Source: Trichosphaerium sp. ATCC 40318 (Eukaryota; Protista; Tubulinea). From it: a DNA stretch of 64,000 bases. Positions 1 to 14,118 of this stretch are shown in pieces (position 1 is the first letter of the stretch; each line of letters begins with the position of its first letter). Location of the stretch: assembly GCA_038496445.1 (NCBI GenBank), contig JALMLS010000507.1:434001-498000 (forward strand), given 5' to 3'. The position numbers were made by a program, and so were the translations under genes. The notes beneath the pieces were generated by a model. That model was not told the DNA's origin and made no database searches. It saw only the letters and a list, made by a program, of their open reading frames with translations.

Positions 1-193
1 TCACTGCATCAGTCAACCTACGAGTACAAAGTTCGCATGAGACTTGTCTAACCTGACTTTTTACTTTGCAAGTCACGTGATACAACTAGTCTCAAAACGG
101 TTTTTATGGAAGCAAGTTGAACACGAAATAGAATCATATGGTAATACGACGTAGTTGAGTGTTTATTTTACATATGTACAAGTGTTGTAGCGT

Positions 194-598
194 CTACTTG
201 TGCTTGGAAAAAAGAGTTTGCCCAGGTACAAGCAAAAATGCAGAAGTTAGTTGTTCTCGCGTAAATGGTCTTAATTTTAATGGTGCTAGATCTCCCTCTG
301 GTGGCGCCATTCTAGCGACTTTTTCTAAGCCTTTATAGCGCGGTTTGGCGCGCCGTAGTTTAAATTCTTTTTTTTTAACGCCCTGAATGCCTTGTAGGTA
401 TCCCTTGCGAAACTCTTCCTCAATACGCTCCGTTTTACTGACTGATCCGCCTAAACCATAATGTACTAATAGATTCTGCGTGGCTGAAGGTACAGTAGGG
501 TCTTGACGCGGTGGTTTTGTTATTAGGGCCAATGGGCGTTCTTGCTCTCTTAGCGAGATCTGTAGAAGCTCTTCGGCAGTAGGTTCTGCGGCTTCCAT
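194..598 (-). CDS. MED19: Mediator subunit MED19/Rox3-like protein
   Basis: SATQNLLVHYGL ... FRKGYLQGIQG ... PFTREQLTSAFLL resembles the MED19 core (TGSTNLITHYNL ... LSNFLPDLPG ... AGFRL). CDS is intronless. Confidence 0.55.
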   Translation of the reverse strand: MEAAEPTAEELLQISLREQERPLALITKPPRQDPTVPSATQNLLVHYGLGGSVSKTERIEEEFRKGYLQGIQGVKKKEFKLRRAKPRYKGLEKVARMAPPEGDLAPLKLRPFTREQLTSAFLLVPGQTLFSKHK

Positions 599-756
599 CT
601 ACTATTTGTTGATTAGCTGGAGTAACGACGAAACAAGACTTTTTGGTTTTTAAATTGTCCACTATCGGCGCTTTGCACTAAACTGGCTAGCCATAGTTCA
701 TGCACGCTTACTAGTATCGCATTTGTATAGATTTGTGTGAACGATAACGTTACCTA

Positions 757-2587
757 ATGGCAAACAACGTACCACGAATAGAAGTTAGTGGCGCAGAGGT
801 AAGCATCAGCAATAACAACCGCTATTTTTAAGTGACAATTCCTAAACCGAGTTGAACACCTTCATTGTGCGATTGGTTGCGTGTGTACGCTGGAAAATCC
901 ATTTCAAAGTAATGATACGTTTGCAATTGCTAAATCTAGTTCTAGAGCGACGAAGGCGCTCCACTAACCGAGCGCATAGATGGGCAGCCTTATCCTGAAC
1001 AAGAGACGAACGCAGCAAAATACATGCCCGAAAAAAGGCCATTGCATGCTAGAACGCTTACCTGGTTTCGTCATAGATTCGTCGGTGGACATTGGACCGT
1101 AATTAATGTACGTGTGCAACTAAAAATCCCAACACCATGCTACTTGTTTATTTCAGTGAATGCTGCCTGTCATTTTATAAATGTCTCTTGTTTGATAGCT
1201 TACAGTTTTTAGTTGCATTTACCATTAGGTTCAATGGGCGCTCTTAGTGTTTATGTTGTTCAGATATTTCTACTATACGCAGAAAATAGTTTAGCCGCAC
1301 AAATAATATCAATGTTCCTTGGGGTTATGAGCGTATTGTATGTTATCAATTGGCTGTATCAGCTTGTGTCAGCTGTATTTTACGTTAGTACATTTGCTAG
1401 AAGTGGGTACGTGAAAATTATTTCAGCACATTACCAGCGTGCACCTTTTTTTTTGGTGCTGATATTGTTTAGGAAATTTGCAACATTTTCAGAAGTTGTA
1501 CAAGATGTTGTATTCAATCGAATGAGGAAACAAGGTCAAATAGATGTGGTGTTACTAATAGATACATACCTTGGTGAGTATTGTCTGAGTTCATTCAAAC
1601 AAGACTTAACAATATGCCTGTAGAGATTACTATCGCTTTTTCCAGCTTCTTCATAGGCTTGTACTTCATTGATCCTGCTCAGTTTAATGGAGTAAATTTT
1701 ACAGATAGTCCATGGCGTAAAGGTAAACAAACGTCTTTGTACTGCTTCCTTTAACAACCTATAGCTGTCATTTTTTACTACTACACAGTTCTGGTCAATG
1801 CTGGCGTTGGGTATGGTGAGTATGCTCCCGAACACTGGATTTGTGAGGTATGTGGGAAGTCAGTCTGAAAAGACTAGCAAGCAATTAACAGTACTTGTTT
1901 TACTAGCTGGCTACTGCTTTTAGTGTAATTATTGCTGGTTTGTTCAATATCTTCGCCATCGGTAGCGCTACTGGAATGGTTATAGGTCGTAGAGATAAAC
2001 AAGATGAAGCTGGTATTGAAGTAGCAAACAGGCTTGTAAAAGCTGCAGCTCTTTATGTAAGAAAAGAAAAAGGTAGATCTTCTTTTGAGAATAACCTTGT
2101 GGATGTATCTGTTAGATCCAGTATCCTCGGTTCTAATGAGAATACAACGATACCTTCATTCAAATCAGAGGACGCAAAGTCTTGTGTACTACCAGAATCA
2201 GAAGAGCCAAGTGATGAGGAAGATGACGTGTTGGAGGATAGTAGTCACGAAGAAGGCGATAAACCAAAGAAAAAGAAGAAGAAAAAAAGTTCTTTGAAAA
2301 AAAGAAATGCGAAACGTGAAGAAGATGACAGCGGAGTTTCTGTCCATTTCAAGGATGATGTAATAGATAGTGCAAGGTCAGATTCTGAGACCCCATCAAC
2401 CTCTTCAGAAGAAGAAGGTGTGAGTCGTGCATCTAACAATTTGGCAATACCAAAGGATGGTAAGGCAGAAAGAAGAGCTAGAAGAAAAGCAAGAAAAAAA
2501 AAAGCTAAAAAGAGAAGACAAAAAGAAGAACAGAAAAAACAAGAAGAAAATAATAAGAATAATGATGGATCTATTGAAGAAGATTAA
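757..2587 (+). CDS. Ion_trans_2 / K+-channel-like membrane protein with acidic, Lys-rich C-terminal tail
   Basis: Spliced exons give TM helices, then IFYYYTVLVNAGVGYGEYAPEHWICE|LATAFSVIIAGLFNIFAIG (pore helix, GYG filter, inner helix). 5' exons are tentative. Confidence 0.7.
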
Positions 2588-2893
2588 TAAATTGTGTATA
2601 AATAAATAATGATAATATAATAAACCCATGTCCGCCTGAATGATGTTTATTTTAACAACTTTTCAGAGCTCTACGAAAAAAAGAAGAAATACACCATTGA
2701 ACATACCTCCATCGTAGTCGGTCGAAATATCTGCTACAAGCCAGAAATCTTAACGTTCTCTAACCACGGACGTACCCCCTTTACAATCCGATGCTTACTG
2801 CGTTTTTTTATCGATTATTACACCTGAATAAAATATACCCGCACCACAACCAATACCACGTTCTTTTGGACTTGTATTTTATTTCTTTCTTTT

Positions 2894-4752
2894 TTACATC
2901 CTATTGATGTATGTGCCTTCTGTTCTTTTTGTCAATACTTCGTGTCCATCCTTTGTAATCAAGATTGTGTGTTCAAACTACGCGAAAAGTTAACCAAAAA
3001 AACGGAAAAAAAACCAAAGAAATCTCGCGTTTTTTCTTAGATATATTCGCTCTTTTTTTACCTGTGCGGAACGTTTTCCATCTGTAGTACATGCTGTCCA
3101 GTTATCAGGCCATAATTCATCACGCCACGAGCCTACAAGAAATAAGTATAAGACAATAACATTAAAACTGCTTTTCTTTGTGTAGTTAAAACTTGACTCG
3201 TACCTTCGTTAATCATAGGCTCAATAGTAAAACAATGACCAGGTCTCATCACACCAGTTGTTTTATTGCCTATAATATATGTATTAACAACAGAACATCA
3301 AAATAAAGTAAATAAAAAATACCGATTAACAATTTCAATGAAATGTGTTGATTTTTGCTTATCGCTTGTTTTTGACATTAACTATGACTTACGCGCGTAG
3401 TGGGGTACATTGGGATGTGTATGGAACAATGACCCGATACCATGACCGCAATAGCTCTTGACAACAGAGAAACCATTGGTTCTGGCATGTTTAGAGATTA
3501 TATCGCCTAGCTCACGGTATAATGATCCAGGACGACAGTAATCGATTGCTAAAATAAACAACAAGTTAATATAAACATCTAATCATAATTTCTTCAAATT
3601 AAAACGCCAAACAAAAGTAGATTACTGTTATTTTAAGAATTTTTTGGTTTTGCAAATACCTTTGTTTAAGCACTCGTAGGTAACTCTTACAAGCTTCTTG
3701 TGTTTCTTATGAACATTACCAATTAACCATGTCTCATTCAAGTCAGAATGAAATCCCTTGTGGTAGAGTGTAATATCACAATTTACAATATCGCCTAAGA
3801 TGACCATTATTTACAAGTATTATTACTCAGCACTTACCATCTTCTAGGGGTCTGGAGTCAGGGATCCCGTGACAAATTACTTCGTTAACAGAAGTACATA
3901 CTGACTACATTTGTACATGAGCAAACAGATCAAACGTTGGTTAAAGGCTATTAGGTAACGAACCTTTGGAAATTGACGATAGTTCATTGGTGAAGGATAG
4001 CAATCACGTTCAATTATGGCTTCGTGTACAACCCGATCAATCTCTTCTGTAGTTACACCAACCTTAGCGGCTCTACCAGCAATAGCCATGACCTCAGCGG
4101 CTAACTACATTGCATTTAAGTCGAATACAAAACAATAAACACAAAAAACCGTTTTGGCATTTGTGCCTGTTTATCACTTACTTTGCCTGCCTCGCGCATG
4201 GTTTCCATTTCCTTGGCGTTGTGGATGTACACTGTTCTTGAACCTCTTTTAACTTCACGTTCGGACTTTGGATCACCCTTGTTGTAACATATTTAGTTGG
4301 TTGTTGCATTGTAGGCACTCAAAAGGATGTTTCTTTCGAAAAAAATCGGTCGTATTATTTTAACGACCAAATCGTACTTCTGGATCGTCTGCATAGTCAG
4401 GACGTGGAATATGCTTTGGTACAGTGCGAGAAAAGGGTTTAACAACCTGTAAAACAATTAACATTTAATCAATGATGGTATTACGTACTCCAGGGCGCAA
4501 TGTGCCTGCGAAAACGTATCCTTTAAACATTTCTGGATACCACACAGGTTCTACGTAATTATAAGCAATGTTAAGAAAAATAAACGTACTCTTCGCTGGC
4601 GCTGCCTTTTTTACTACATGTACCTTCTTGTGCTCACCCCAGGCACTTCTAAAACACTCTTGACCACAAAAGTATGTGCTAGCGAGCTTTAGCTTCTTAC
4701 ACGTTGGGCATTCCAACTTTGAAGGCTTTCCGCAACGAGAACAGACTGGCAT
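2894..4752 (-). CDS. METAP1: Methionine aminopeptidase 1 with N-terminal zinc finger
   Basis: CPTCKKL..FCGQECF zinc finger, [32 protein letters not shown]. Multi-exon. Confidence 0.95.
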
Positions 4753-4871
4753 TTTCTCCTTAGACTCCTGTGACAGACAGATTTGGTCGATTTTCAAAAA
4801 AAGTCAAGCGATAAAAAAACTGCTAGTTTCAATAACAGCTACAGTATTTACTGTGAATCTTAATAGGCGAA

Positions 4872-7506
4872 ATGGATAATACTGAAGAAGTAGTTATCAG
4901 TGTAACAAGTTGCGTTTGCACTTTTTGTTATTTTACTGATTGTTCGCAGATATACGCGGAGAGGATTTTGTGAGCTCTAGGGATCCGTTGGGTAATATTT
5001 AAAGTAACACCGGCGTATTTTTATAGTGTACAGGCGAAATTAGTGGTTCATTCTGTTCTGTTAAGCTTCATGATGTATCAGGATCCAAGTCACACTCTAA
5101 ACGGACCAAAATAATAAGAAAGACAAATTCACCGAGGTGGAGACAAGTCTTAACATTGTACGTGCACAAATAATGCAACAAACGCGAAAGCAAACTCTAA
5201 CCAACCTTTTTATTTAGCACAACTAAAAAACAGCCAAAAAACCTGGAGATTTCCATTTGGGAAAGGCACGACACCACACAAATACAGAAGGATCGTATAG
5301 GAATAGTTTACGTTGAGTACGAAACAATATAAAACAGTTTGATGGTTGTATTTGGTCTAAAACAGTAACATAGTCTTACAAACCTGGAAAAGGGTAAAAC
5401 GTTAGAGTGCTCAGAGGATATGGTCTTAAAAGAGACAAAGACAGGTCTATATTTAACGCTTTGTTAAAAATATTTACAACTTAAACGTTTCTTTCCACAA
5501 TAGGCATTTTACATGTAAACGTTGATTATATGACACCACAAGCTATTGGAGAGCAAAAAGAGTTTTTAAGGTTACAATCAAAAATGTTACAAGATGTTGA
5601 TGTCAATGAAGATGATATAATTGAAGGTAAGAATGTGACACCTTATTACTCGAAACGAACGAATTTTCTTTTTTTTCGACATTGTCATCGTTTGAAATTT
5701 CTTCAAGAGTTGCTGACGGAATGCGCGCCTTTTTGGCGTGCCCGCATTCACTTGTAATATTTTTTTAAGCATGTCATCGTTCATTTCTTCATGAGACTTA
5801 TTGACAGATGCTTTTTTTTTGGCTTTTTTTGACACATTTCAAAAAACTCATTGTGACATTTTCTAAAGCAACTCTTTTATTTTAGAGTTTAAAAGCAAAT
5901 ACAATTGGGAACATGGTGATACATACGGATGGTTATTTATTTCAGAAGAAAAAGCTATATTTTATCAAGTTCTGGATAAGATAGGGCACGGAGAGGTATA
6001 ATACTATTTTCTTTATGAATACAATTATTTTTAATTAATATCTCACTGGTTCGGCTTTAGATTCTCGAAATGAAGACTATTACAGATGTGGAGGAAGTAA
6101 ACAATGGGTTACGCATTATAGTAAACTTCACACAGACGGTACGTACAATCTTGAAATAGGAAAGAGGCTTTTCCAACGTTAGCTCTGTTGTTGATTTTTT
6201 GCGTAGCATTGGTTTCCTGAGGTTCAAGATGCTGGTTCTGCTTATGATCTTATAAAACAATACATGCCTGTTGTAAAGACACCATTTTCCCTTAAAAAGA
6301 GGATGTCCGAGGTTTGTTTATAAACATACAATGGTTTTTTTTTTAAGAAACACTTGAAAGTAATTGTTTTTGCTTAGATTAAAAATTCGAATTCTGTGCC
6401 TATACCTAAGGTTATACGTGCAAAGTCAATAGACGCAGCAAGAGCAGTTACAAAGAGTGAGAGTTTACCTGAAGATAGACGACGCAGGAAAGGTAACTAC
6501 CTCTTTGAGCAACTCTTTAAATCGTTGAAATGGTCCTCCAACTTCTTTTGTTTTCAACGTTAACCAACATCCTGCCCAACAATTTTTTGTGTTTCTGAAT
6601 ACTTACTTGTTTGGTGCACTCATAAGCGTGTATAAATCATTTTTGGGCCATAGCGACAATAAACAAACTCACAAATCAAGCGTTAACTTAATGTCGTTTT
6701 ATTATAGGTTTTTTGGGTTCTATGAAAATGAAAAAGAAGTCATACCAATCTACGTCAATGACTGAGATTACAACTGAATCTACATCCTCTAAATCTTCAA
6801 ACAACTCGTTTTCTAAATCAAGTGAGCTATTAAAACCAAAAATACCAAAACAACCATCAAAAGAGCAACTTGGGGCACTTAGTAGGTAAGCACTATCATT
6901 AGGCTGTTTGTGATCAAGATGACTAACTATTTATAGGCGAAGAAAAGGGTTTACTGTCGCAGATGTTCTTCATGCAAGAAAGAAATCTAAAGTTACTTTT
7001 AATCATAGTGAGATATTATATGGTCACTTTGGAAGTCCCATGTTTAAGCAGTTACTTTATGCTTTTTTGAGCTGTATGGTATTTGCTTATGGTTCTTGGT
7101 TGGGTCTTATAATAGCTGCTATTATATTGACTATTGCTAATATAGTATTCAAGAGCTGGGTGTACTACTTTAGCTTCGAGATAGGGAAGAAAATACTAGA
7201 AAAGTTAAATGTAAAGTATGATGTTGGGACAAGATTGATTCCTCTCGCTATTGTACCAGCAGTTATATATCCGTCTTTTAATGGAGCTATAATAGTATTA
7301 CTAGCAGCTACAATGGATTACTTTTCAGTACGTTTGAGGGAGAAAGGGATTGTTTTATTCATTACAAGTCATCCGCCAATTAACTGCTTTCTTCTTAGAT
7401 AATGGGAACTATGCATTTGTTATATCAATCTTGTTTTTTGGCATTTATCTCGAGCTTTTTTGTTGGTCCCACAGCTGAGGATATTGTAGCTCCTTTCAAC
7501 TTGTAA
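4872..7506 (+). CDS. C2 + GRAM/PH-like + multi-pass TM protein
   Basis: KRTKIIRKTNSPRWRQVF (C2), GWLFISEEKAIFY (GRAM-like), hydrophobic C-terminal exons at 7040-7506. Start is tentative. Confidence 0.55.
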
Positions 7507-7840
7507 ATAATAAAGAATAACCATAGTTTTTGACAACGTATTCTTGATGTTTTTGGCTGTGTACAAACCAGGTTTTATGCGACACTAAGGCAGGTTGGCG
7601 ACTTAGCGTAGTAACTGATCTAGGGGCGTAACTAACGGCTAGAGGCAATTACGCGATATAGAGCAACTTTAATAAATTGTATCACGTGAATACTCAAAAA
7701 AGTGAATTCATACAAGCACAAAAAAGTTAATTTATTTCTTTTGGTGAGCCTTGCCAGGAAGTATATTGTTTACTACCATTTCTTCTTTCCTTTAGTTGGT
7801 ATGTTTGAATTTCTAGTATCCATTCTCATCACTTCCCTTC

Positions 7841-8728
7841 TCATTGTGTCCAATATAGCTGAGCAACATAAGCAATCACCAATACACATGTAAAAGCAAT
7901 GCCACCAAATATAACATTATGATTATATGCTAATGCACTCCTCCTGTAAACCTCACCACCAACCAACTGACCACCTGGTGTCCAATGTTTGAACCGTCCA
8001 ATTTTTATTCCTTTTTCATACTTCCCAACCACAGCCATATTTCCGCTTCTATACCTTATTTTATAAACCCCATGTAGCATACCTTTGTGATAGAAACAAT
8101 GTTGTTTCATTGCTCCATCACTATGCCATGTTTTATACTCGCCATGTAATTTACTAGTACTAAATATAAACGGAGGTAAAATATTCTTGTACCACTTCTT
8201 TGCTTCATCTGACAGTTTATCACCTACATAGAAACAGTGCAACAATAGGTTTCCATTGGCATGCCATGTTTTCAATTCTCCTCGTTTCTTATCATCACAG
8301 GTTTTAAACTGTTCAGCCAATTGACCATTAACATGCCATACCTTACAGTCAACTTCTTCTTTATCATTAATTCGAAATTGCTTTTTAACTTGTCCATTGT
8401 CATACCAACTTGTTGCGTGGTCACTAAGTATACCACCAACATAGAAGCATTCCTCTTGTAAAGTACCATCATTATGCCATTTCTTGTATTCTCCGTCTAG
8501 CACGCCACCTTTGAAATAGCAACGAGTGGCTACTTTATCGTTTTCGTGTTGTATCCAAACGCCATGTTTTTTGCACTTATCATCGAAACGGGTGCTTACA
8601 GCAGTTGTTTTACACAATAATGGCCATAATGCGTACATTTCGGGAGTATATTCCATGATATCAAGCTGTAGCTCTACGGGAAGGCAAAGCAACTTACATG
8701 GTACACTTCCGTTAGATAAATTTGCCAT
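7841..8728 (-). CDS. F-box-like + MORN-variant (MORN_2/YwqK-like) repeat protein, intronless, with hydrophobic C-terminus
   Basis: LLCLPVELQLDIMEY (F-box-like); repeated G(E/V)YKxWHxNGxLxxxCFYxxGxL units. Confidence 0.8.
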   Translation of the reverse strand: MANLSNGSVPCKLLCLPVELQLDIMEYTPEMYALWPLLCKTTAVSTRFDDKCKKHGVWIQHENDKVATRCYFKGGVLDGEYKKWHNDGTLQEECFYVGGILSDHATSWYDNGQVKKQFRINDKEEVDCKVWHVNGQLAEQFKTCDDKKRGELKTWHANGNLLLHCFYVGDKLSDEAKKWYKNILPPFIFSTSKLHGEYKTWHSDGAMKQHCFYHKGMLHGVYKIRYRSGNMAVVGKYEKGIKIGRFKHWTPGGQLVGGEVYRRSALAYNHNVIFGGIAFTCVLVIAYVAQLYWTQ

Positions 8729-8831
8729 GATACTGCGCTGATGGTTAAAAAAAACTAAGATGAGAAGTCAATGGCGATCCGGATATTTCACTGATTACTT
8801 CGTACACGTAGTCTGTTTTCACCTTTTGGCA

Positions 8832-10480
8832 ATGTCTAGAGTGTTGTACTTATGTTACGAGCTCTGTGACCCTATATTCAGCGGCAACGGTATTGTTTTA
8901 CGTGTTATTTATAACATTTACGCAGTAAAGGAACATGGTCGCGAAGCATCGTATCAACGCTTGTAGCTGATGGAGCGGAGATTTTCGTACTATGCGCAAG
9001 GCCATCTGGCACTGTTCAGCATTTTAGCTTTAAAACTCCTCCAAACTTTACAGCGAGAACAGTAGAGGTACCTAAAAACAAATGGCGCCGCTTAGACAGG
9101 TATTAAAACTAATCCATGCCAAACTGCGCACAAACCCTTAAAATTACTTGTAAACTATTATCAAGTGAACCAAACATGTTTTTGTGCGTTGTACAACTAA
9201 AAAAGCTGAATAAGTATAAGGTTATGCGCTTGGAAAGAGTACGCATCTGGTATCATACAGTATAAGGATGATATTGCTGCGTTCGCTCCTGATATTGTGG
9301 TGGGTGTTGATTGGCACGTGTTAGAATCGTACAAAGCCCATTTTAAGGATATTCCACTTATTTACATGAACTTCCGGTACGTTTCTATCAACTACTCTTT
9401 GAGCCTTTTTATTCTTATTTAATCACAGTGCTTTTCATGCAAGTCCAGGATTCTCTGATGAAGATAAAGCGTTCTTTGCCCCTCTAGAAAGAGGTAAACA
9501 GATTATTTTTTAAAAGGTTTGTTAACTGCTTGGATTAGAGATGTGTCAACTTGCTAAAACAATTATTACGTTATCTAAGCCTGATGCAATATTCTTAAAG
9601 AAACTGTCAGGTTGTAGTTGCAAGGTTCTTAATTGCACAATACCAACTCACGTATCAGAGCAGGTATCAAAACTCTCAGGTATCGTGATTATTATTAACA
9701 TCACGTGATGTGAAAATCTAACTTTTTTTCCTTGTGTAGGACAAGAACGAGAACGAAAGTATATCACTTGTTGTTGTCGGTTATCACCTGAAAAAGGTGT
9801 CCATAGATTTGTTGACTTGATAGAAGAACTTAACAGTTTCCTCAAAGAAAAAAATATCACGTGCGATAGATTACTACAAACGCTGATTCCTAACTTGTTT
9901 TTCTTATTTAGGCCTTTCTTGTGTGGTTCTCGGTCAAATCCCGAGTATGCAAACGAAGCAATAAGTAAGTTAAAACGTGTGGCACCTTCCGCTGTCATCA
10001 AAGAGTTTATTTCACCAGTGGAGCTTTGTGCATTATACAGGTACCTATAAAAAAAAAGCGAGCAACATTTACTAAGTATCAAATCAGTGAATCAGTGCTT
10101 AATGTACACCCTTGTAATTACGATGCTTATGGTTTAACAATGGCAGAAGCTGCAGCTTTTGGAACACCATCCGTTATAGATGGCAGTGGAGAGATTGGTA
10201 CGAACTCTGAAATAACTGTTCCATGATCTGTATTCTAACTCTTATCTAAGGTATTACTGATTTTCTGCGTCCTTCACACAACGAGATTCTCGCCGTTAAC
10301 CTTGACAATATACCAGAGGCTGCAAATCAAATTAAGAAAATACTGAGTAACGAAGATGAACTAAATAAGACTAGAAAAGTATGTAAAGCACGAACTCTTT
10401 CTTACCAGATTGGAGATTATTGTGCAAACCTTCTTAAAGAAATATCTTCTGTTGTAGCTCAAAACAAGCTATCTAAATAA
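8832..10480 (+). CDS. Glycosyltransferase family 4 (GT-B fold)
   Basis: MSRVLYLCYE..PIFSGNG, CCRLSPEKG, YDAYGLTMAEAAAFGTP. Multi-exon. Confidence 0.85.
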
Positions 10481-10630
10481 CATATAAATACACCTAGTAT
10501 CATATATCTAACAACAACCCTGTTATAGTATAGTAAGATGGAAGGGTTCTTGATAAAAGAACAACCAAGTTCGATTAAGTCGCCTTTTTTTTTGTTTATT
10601 TTTTTAACTTTTTTTTTAAATGTATTATTA

Positions 10631-13600
10631 TTAATTTACTCGTGCACCACGTAATCCACGCCTTGGTGCTAACGTCTTATAGCATATAGCAGTCAAAATG
10701 ACAGCAAATAAGTTCATTATAGTTGTCACCAGAAAGATAATAGAAGCATGACTTGTCAATCCGTTCTTGTTCTTCAATATGTTTGAATAAATATTGGACA
10801 CTACTGGAGGTACTGCAATACGTGCTATAGCAGCTGCAGAAGACAGCCAACCCATAACAACTCCCTAAAGCAATGATAAGATTTTCATGTAATGAAAGGA
10901 AACCTCAACAGTCAGGTAACACTTTGACGTACTTGTTCATGGCCTTCCAGTACTTTTGAGAAGATTGATATCAATAACGCTGTTCCATCTGCATATCCAA
11001 TACTGACAAGCACCAGAGCTGTATACCATAACGCCGGTGAAGCCAAATGATTGCTCATTGGATTTGTCCAGTCAACAACAAAGCATAAACCACCTAGAAG
11101 AAAAAAAAAGTAAGCAAAGAAAAGAAATTAGTGTTTCAATACAGCGCTACAATTCTTTCAGTATTTTTTTCACGCTACTTATCATTTTTCCGATAAGTAC
11201 GGGTATTTTTATCGGTTGAAAAGAGTTCGAAGGGTTTGAAATGCACTTCGAGACAAACAAATACTTTTTTTTTTCAAAAGATTTACCTGAGAGCAATGTG
11301 CCAAAAGCTATCAGAAGTATTCTGTCAGAGAAGCAATATGCAAATACCTTTTTCATAAGTTAAGTACAAAGAATTATGATTCGTATCTAATCTTACTTGT
11401 AATACAATCAACGCAACCAAACAAACGCCAGATATACCCAAAAACATGAACGCATTTTTCTTTTGAGAAGTGGAGTTAGCCAATGAGATTCAACTACTAA
11501 AAATAAGCGTACAGTATCATTATAGCCATAAGCATCAACTGTAATGATTGGTCCCAGTGTTTCGAATACTGTAAAAGCCTATAAAATACAAGTTAGTAAG
11601 AAGAACTGAAGAGATAAAAAACAAAGTCAGCAGAAGAAATGTTATTCAAACTAAAATAGCTTGTTCTCTTTGTACCCAAGTGAATGTAAATGCAAAGTAC
11701 ATGCAAACTAAAACACCAGCTATAGGCATTTTTGTTTTACCGATCATACTCAACGACAAACCAGATCTATCTAGTGAAAAGAGTAAAAAAATTATTCAAA
11801 GAATGCCAAAAAAAAAAAACAAACTGAGAGACGTTCAAAAACAATCCATCGTGATAAAACGCGTACAAGAAGCAGCTTTGGAAATATGAATTCTAGATGA
11901 TCCAGCAGATGCATTCTAAATAAATTAAATCAACACCAAATCGATTGGCAAAAAAGAAAGAAACTCAAGAAAAAAAACCACGTGTTTTCGTGCAGGTGGT
12001 TTTTTTTTTTGGTCTCATGATACAATACGTACTGTTTTAATACCGATAATCTTGGAATATTAGTTATATACATACATAGATACATAGATACATAGAAACA
12101 ATTAAAAAAATAAAAAATAGATAGTGACATTACGAAATATGTCAACAAAATGATTCAGGTAAAACGACGTGTCACAATTAGTTTTTGTGACACGTCATTT
12201 TCTGAGTTGAGCTGGGCTTTTTTTGTGTTGTTACGTACAGGTCCTGCTTCTCTTGAAACTTCACGGAAAGGTATTAAGCATAGAAGTCCAACAAGAGAGA
12301 AAATTGCAGAAATCCAGCCAGGTCCTGTATTGGCATTGAAATGAATATATTTGCCAATGCTGAATTCAAGTGCTGGTAAACTGGAGAGCAAGGAGAAAGC
12401 TGTAAAAAAAAAACACGTGGTTAGTGCACACAATAGTAAAATTAAGAAAGGGGAAAAAAAGACCTCCAAAGAGGGGTAGAGAATCATACCTGGACCACAA
12501 ATGAAACCAATAACAGTAGCAGCGCTGTTAATTGTCATAATCTTCGTTCTTACTTTTGGAGATGTAGCGTATGTCAAGTATGCGCCAGCAGGAGCGTAGT
12601 TTGCTATATAATTCATAAGGTGATTTGATAATTCACACAAAGGAGATAATAACAAACAAAAATACCCAAACATCTCCGATAGACAAACAACGAAATATTG
12701 TTCTATCAAAAAAAAAAAGAAAAGAAAAAAAAGAAGCGTGCCTGCTGCTATGCCGACAATGAAACGTGCTGCCAAAAGGTGCCATATATTTAATGCGTGG
12801 TCAGCTTGTATATAACCAGCCACTGAATACCATACATTACCTGTTTAAAGAACGTAAGTACGAACAACTGAAAAGTGCTTGGAATCTTTTCTTTCAAAAA
12901 AAAACGTGAGCTGTTTTTTGTCATCTTCTCTCCCAAACAAAGACACATTTTTTGTGTTACACGCGTAATCAATGACGCGTATCTGTTGTTTCCAACAGGT
13001 ATTACGTACCTAAAACCATGATAACAAGTGAGCACGCCAAAACTTCTCGAGTATTCCGCTTATCAGCCCAATAACCGAAAACTGGACCAGCAATAAAAGT
13101 TCTAAGGTGTTTTAGACAGATTCCAATTTAAAGGGCAATTCAATTCTCCAATTGTAGGGTCGCGCGTATTTTTTTGTAGTAGTCATATTTCGATATAACA
13201 TAACAATACTAAGCGTAAAAAAGGGTTTTAAAGCAAAACAAATGACATAAATTTTGTTTTCTCGTTTCTGCTCCTTCTAATTTAGAAAAATCAGTAACGT
13301 GCGTACCCAAGAGCGTTTATAGATATAGCATAACCTGTCCACGACTTGGATTTACCAATCTACGAAGAGTTGTTATGAAACAAAAAAAAAAAGGAGTGAG
13401 AAATGTCAAAATCGCTAAAATGTAGCGATTATTGTATTAAGTATGCGTATTTGAGAGTTTTTATGATGATTTGAGTTAAATTTGTAAGTACATACCAATG
13501 CTGGATCTATAATATACTTGTTTAGCGTAGGAAGTACAATAGAGAATACTACGTTGGACAGGAAATTGATAAATATCATCAGGATAAGGGAAATTGTATT

Positions 13601-13732
13601 AGCTCGCTTCTTATTGGTTTTAGAGCTCTTATATTGAGACTCATGGTCTGTAATTGTGCCAAGGGACGAATTCGAAGCATTCCCATCAGAAGTTAGCAGA
13701 GCCTTTGTAGCTTCGTTATTGTTATTGTCCAT
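10631..13732 (-). CDS. MFS transporter, MFSD8/CLN7-like
   Basis: FGYWADKR, ARFIVGIAA, GFICGP, TGPGW, VMGWLSSAAAIARI; multiple TM exons; one GC donor at 12741. Confidence 0.85.
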
Positions 13733-14118
13733 CTATGTATACTTCACCGATATGGCTAATGGTTGCTAAATAAAAAATATACCTATTTCCACTTAACCGT
13801 AAAAAAAAATCTACGTCTGCCAACTTGATTTCTGTGTTATATTTCATATCCGTAAACCTTCTTTATGGCATACAAAAGATCTAAGCCGTATCTGCACAAT
13901 TTTTAAGATAGCTTTTTGACGCAAACTTCCTTTTTTAACCAAGTCACCAGAAACATACCACTCCTAGAGAAAATCCTTACAACTCTAAAGCAAACATGCC
14001 GTAGCCAAACAAGAAATAACAAACTACACAGATCAAGAGAGTATCATCAAGGTTTTATTTACAAGGTACTTTACAATTTTACGTCACAGCGCTTTGCGTT
14101 GCTTTGAAGCTTCGGGTT

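Noticed and set aside
2085-2629. Overlapping antisense/alternate-frame ORFs here and throughout the ORF track
   Set aside because: Shadows of low-complexity coding sequence or intron read-through.
7841-8728. YwqK toxin-antitoxin system
   Set aside because: Eukaryotic context and no adjacent toxin; the similarity is only the MORN-variant repeat.
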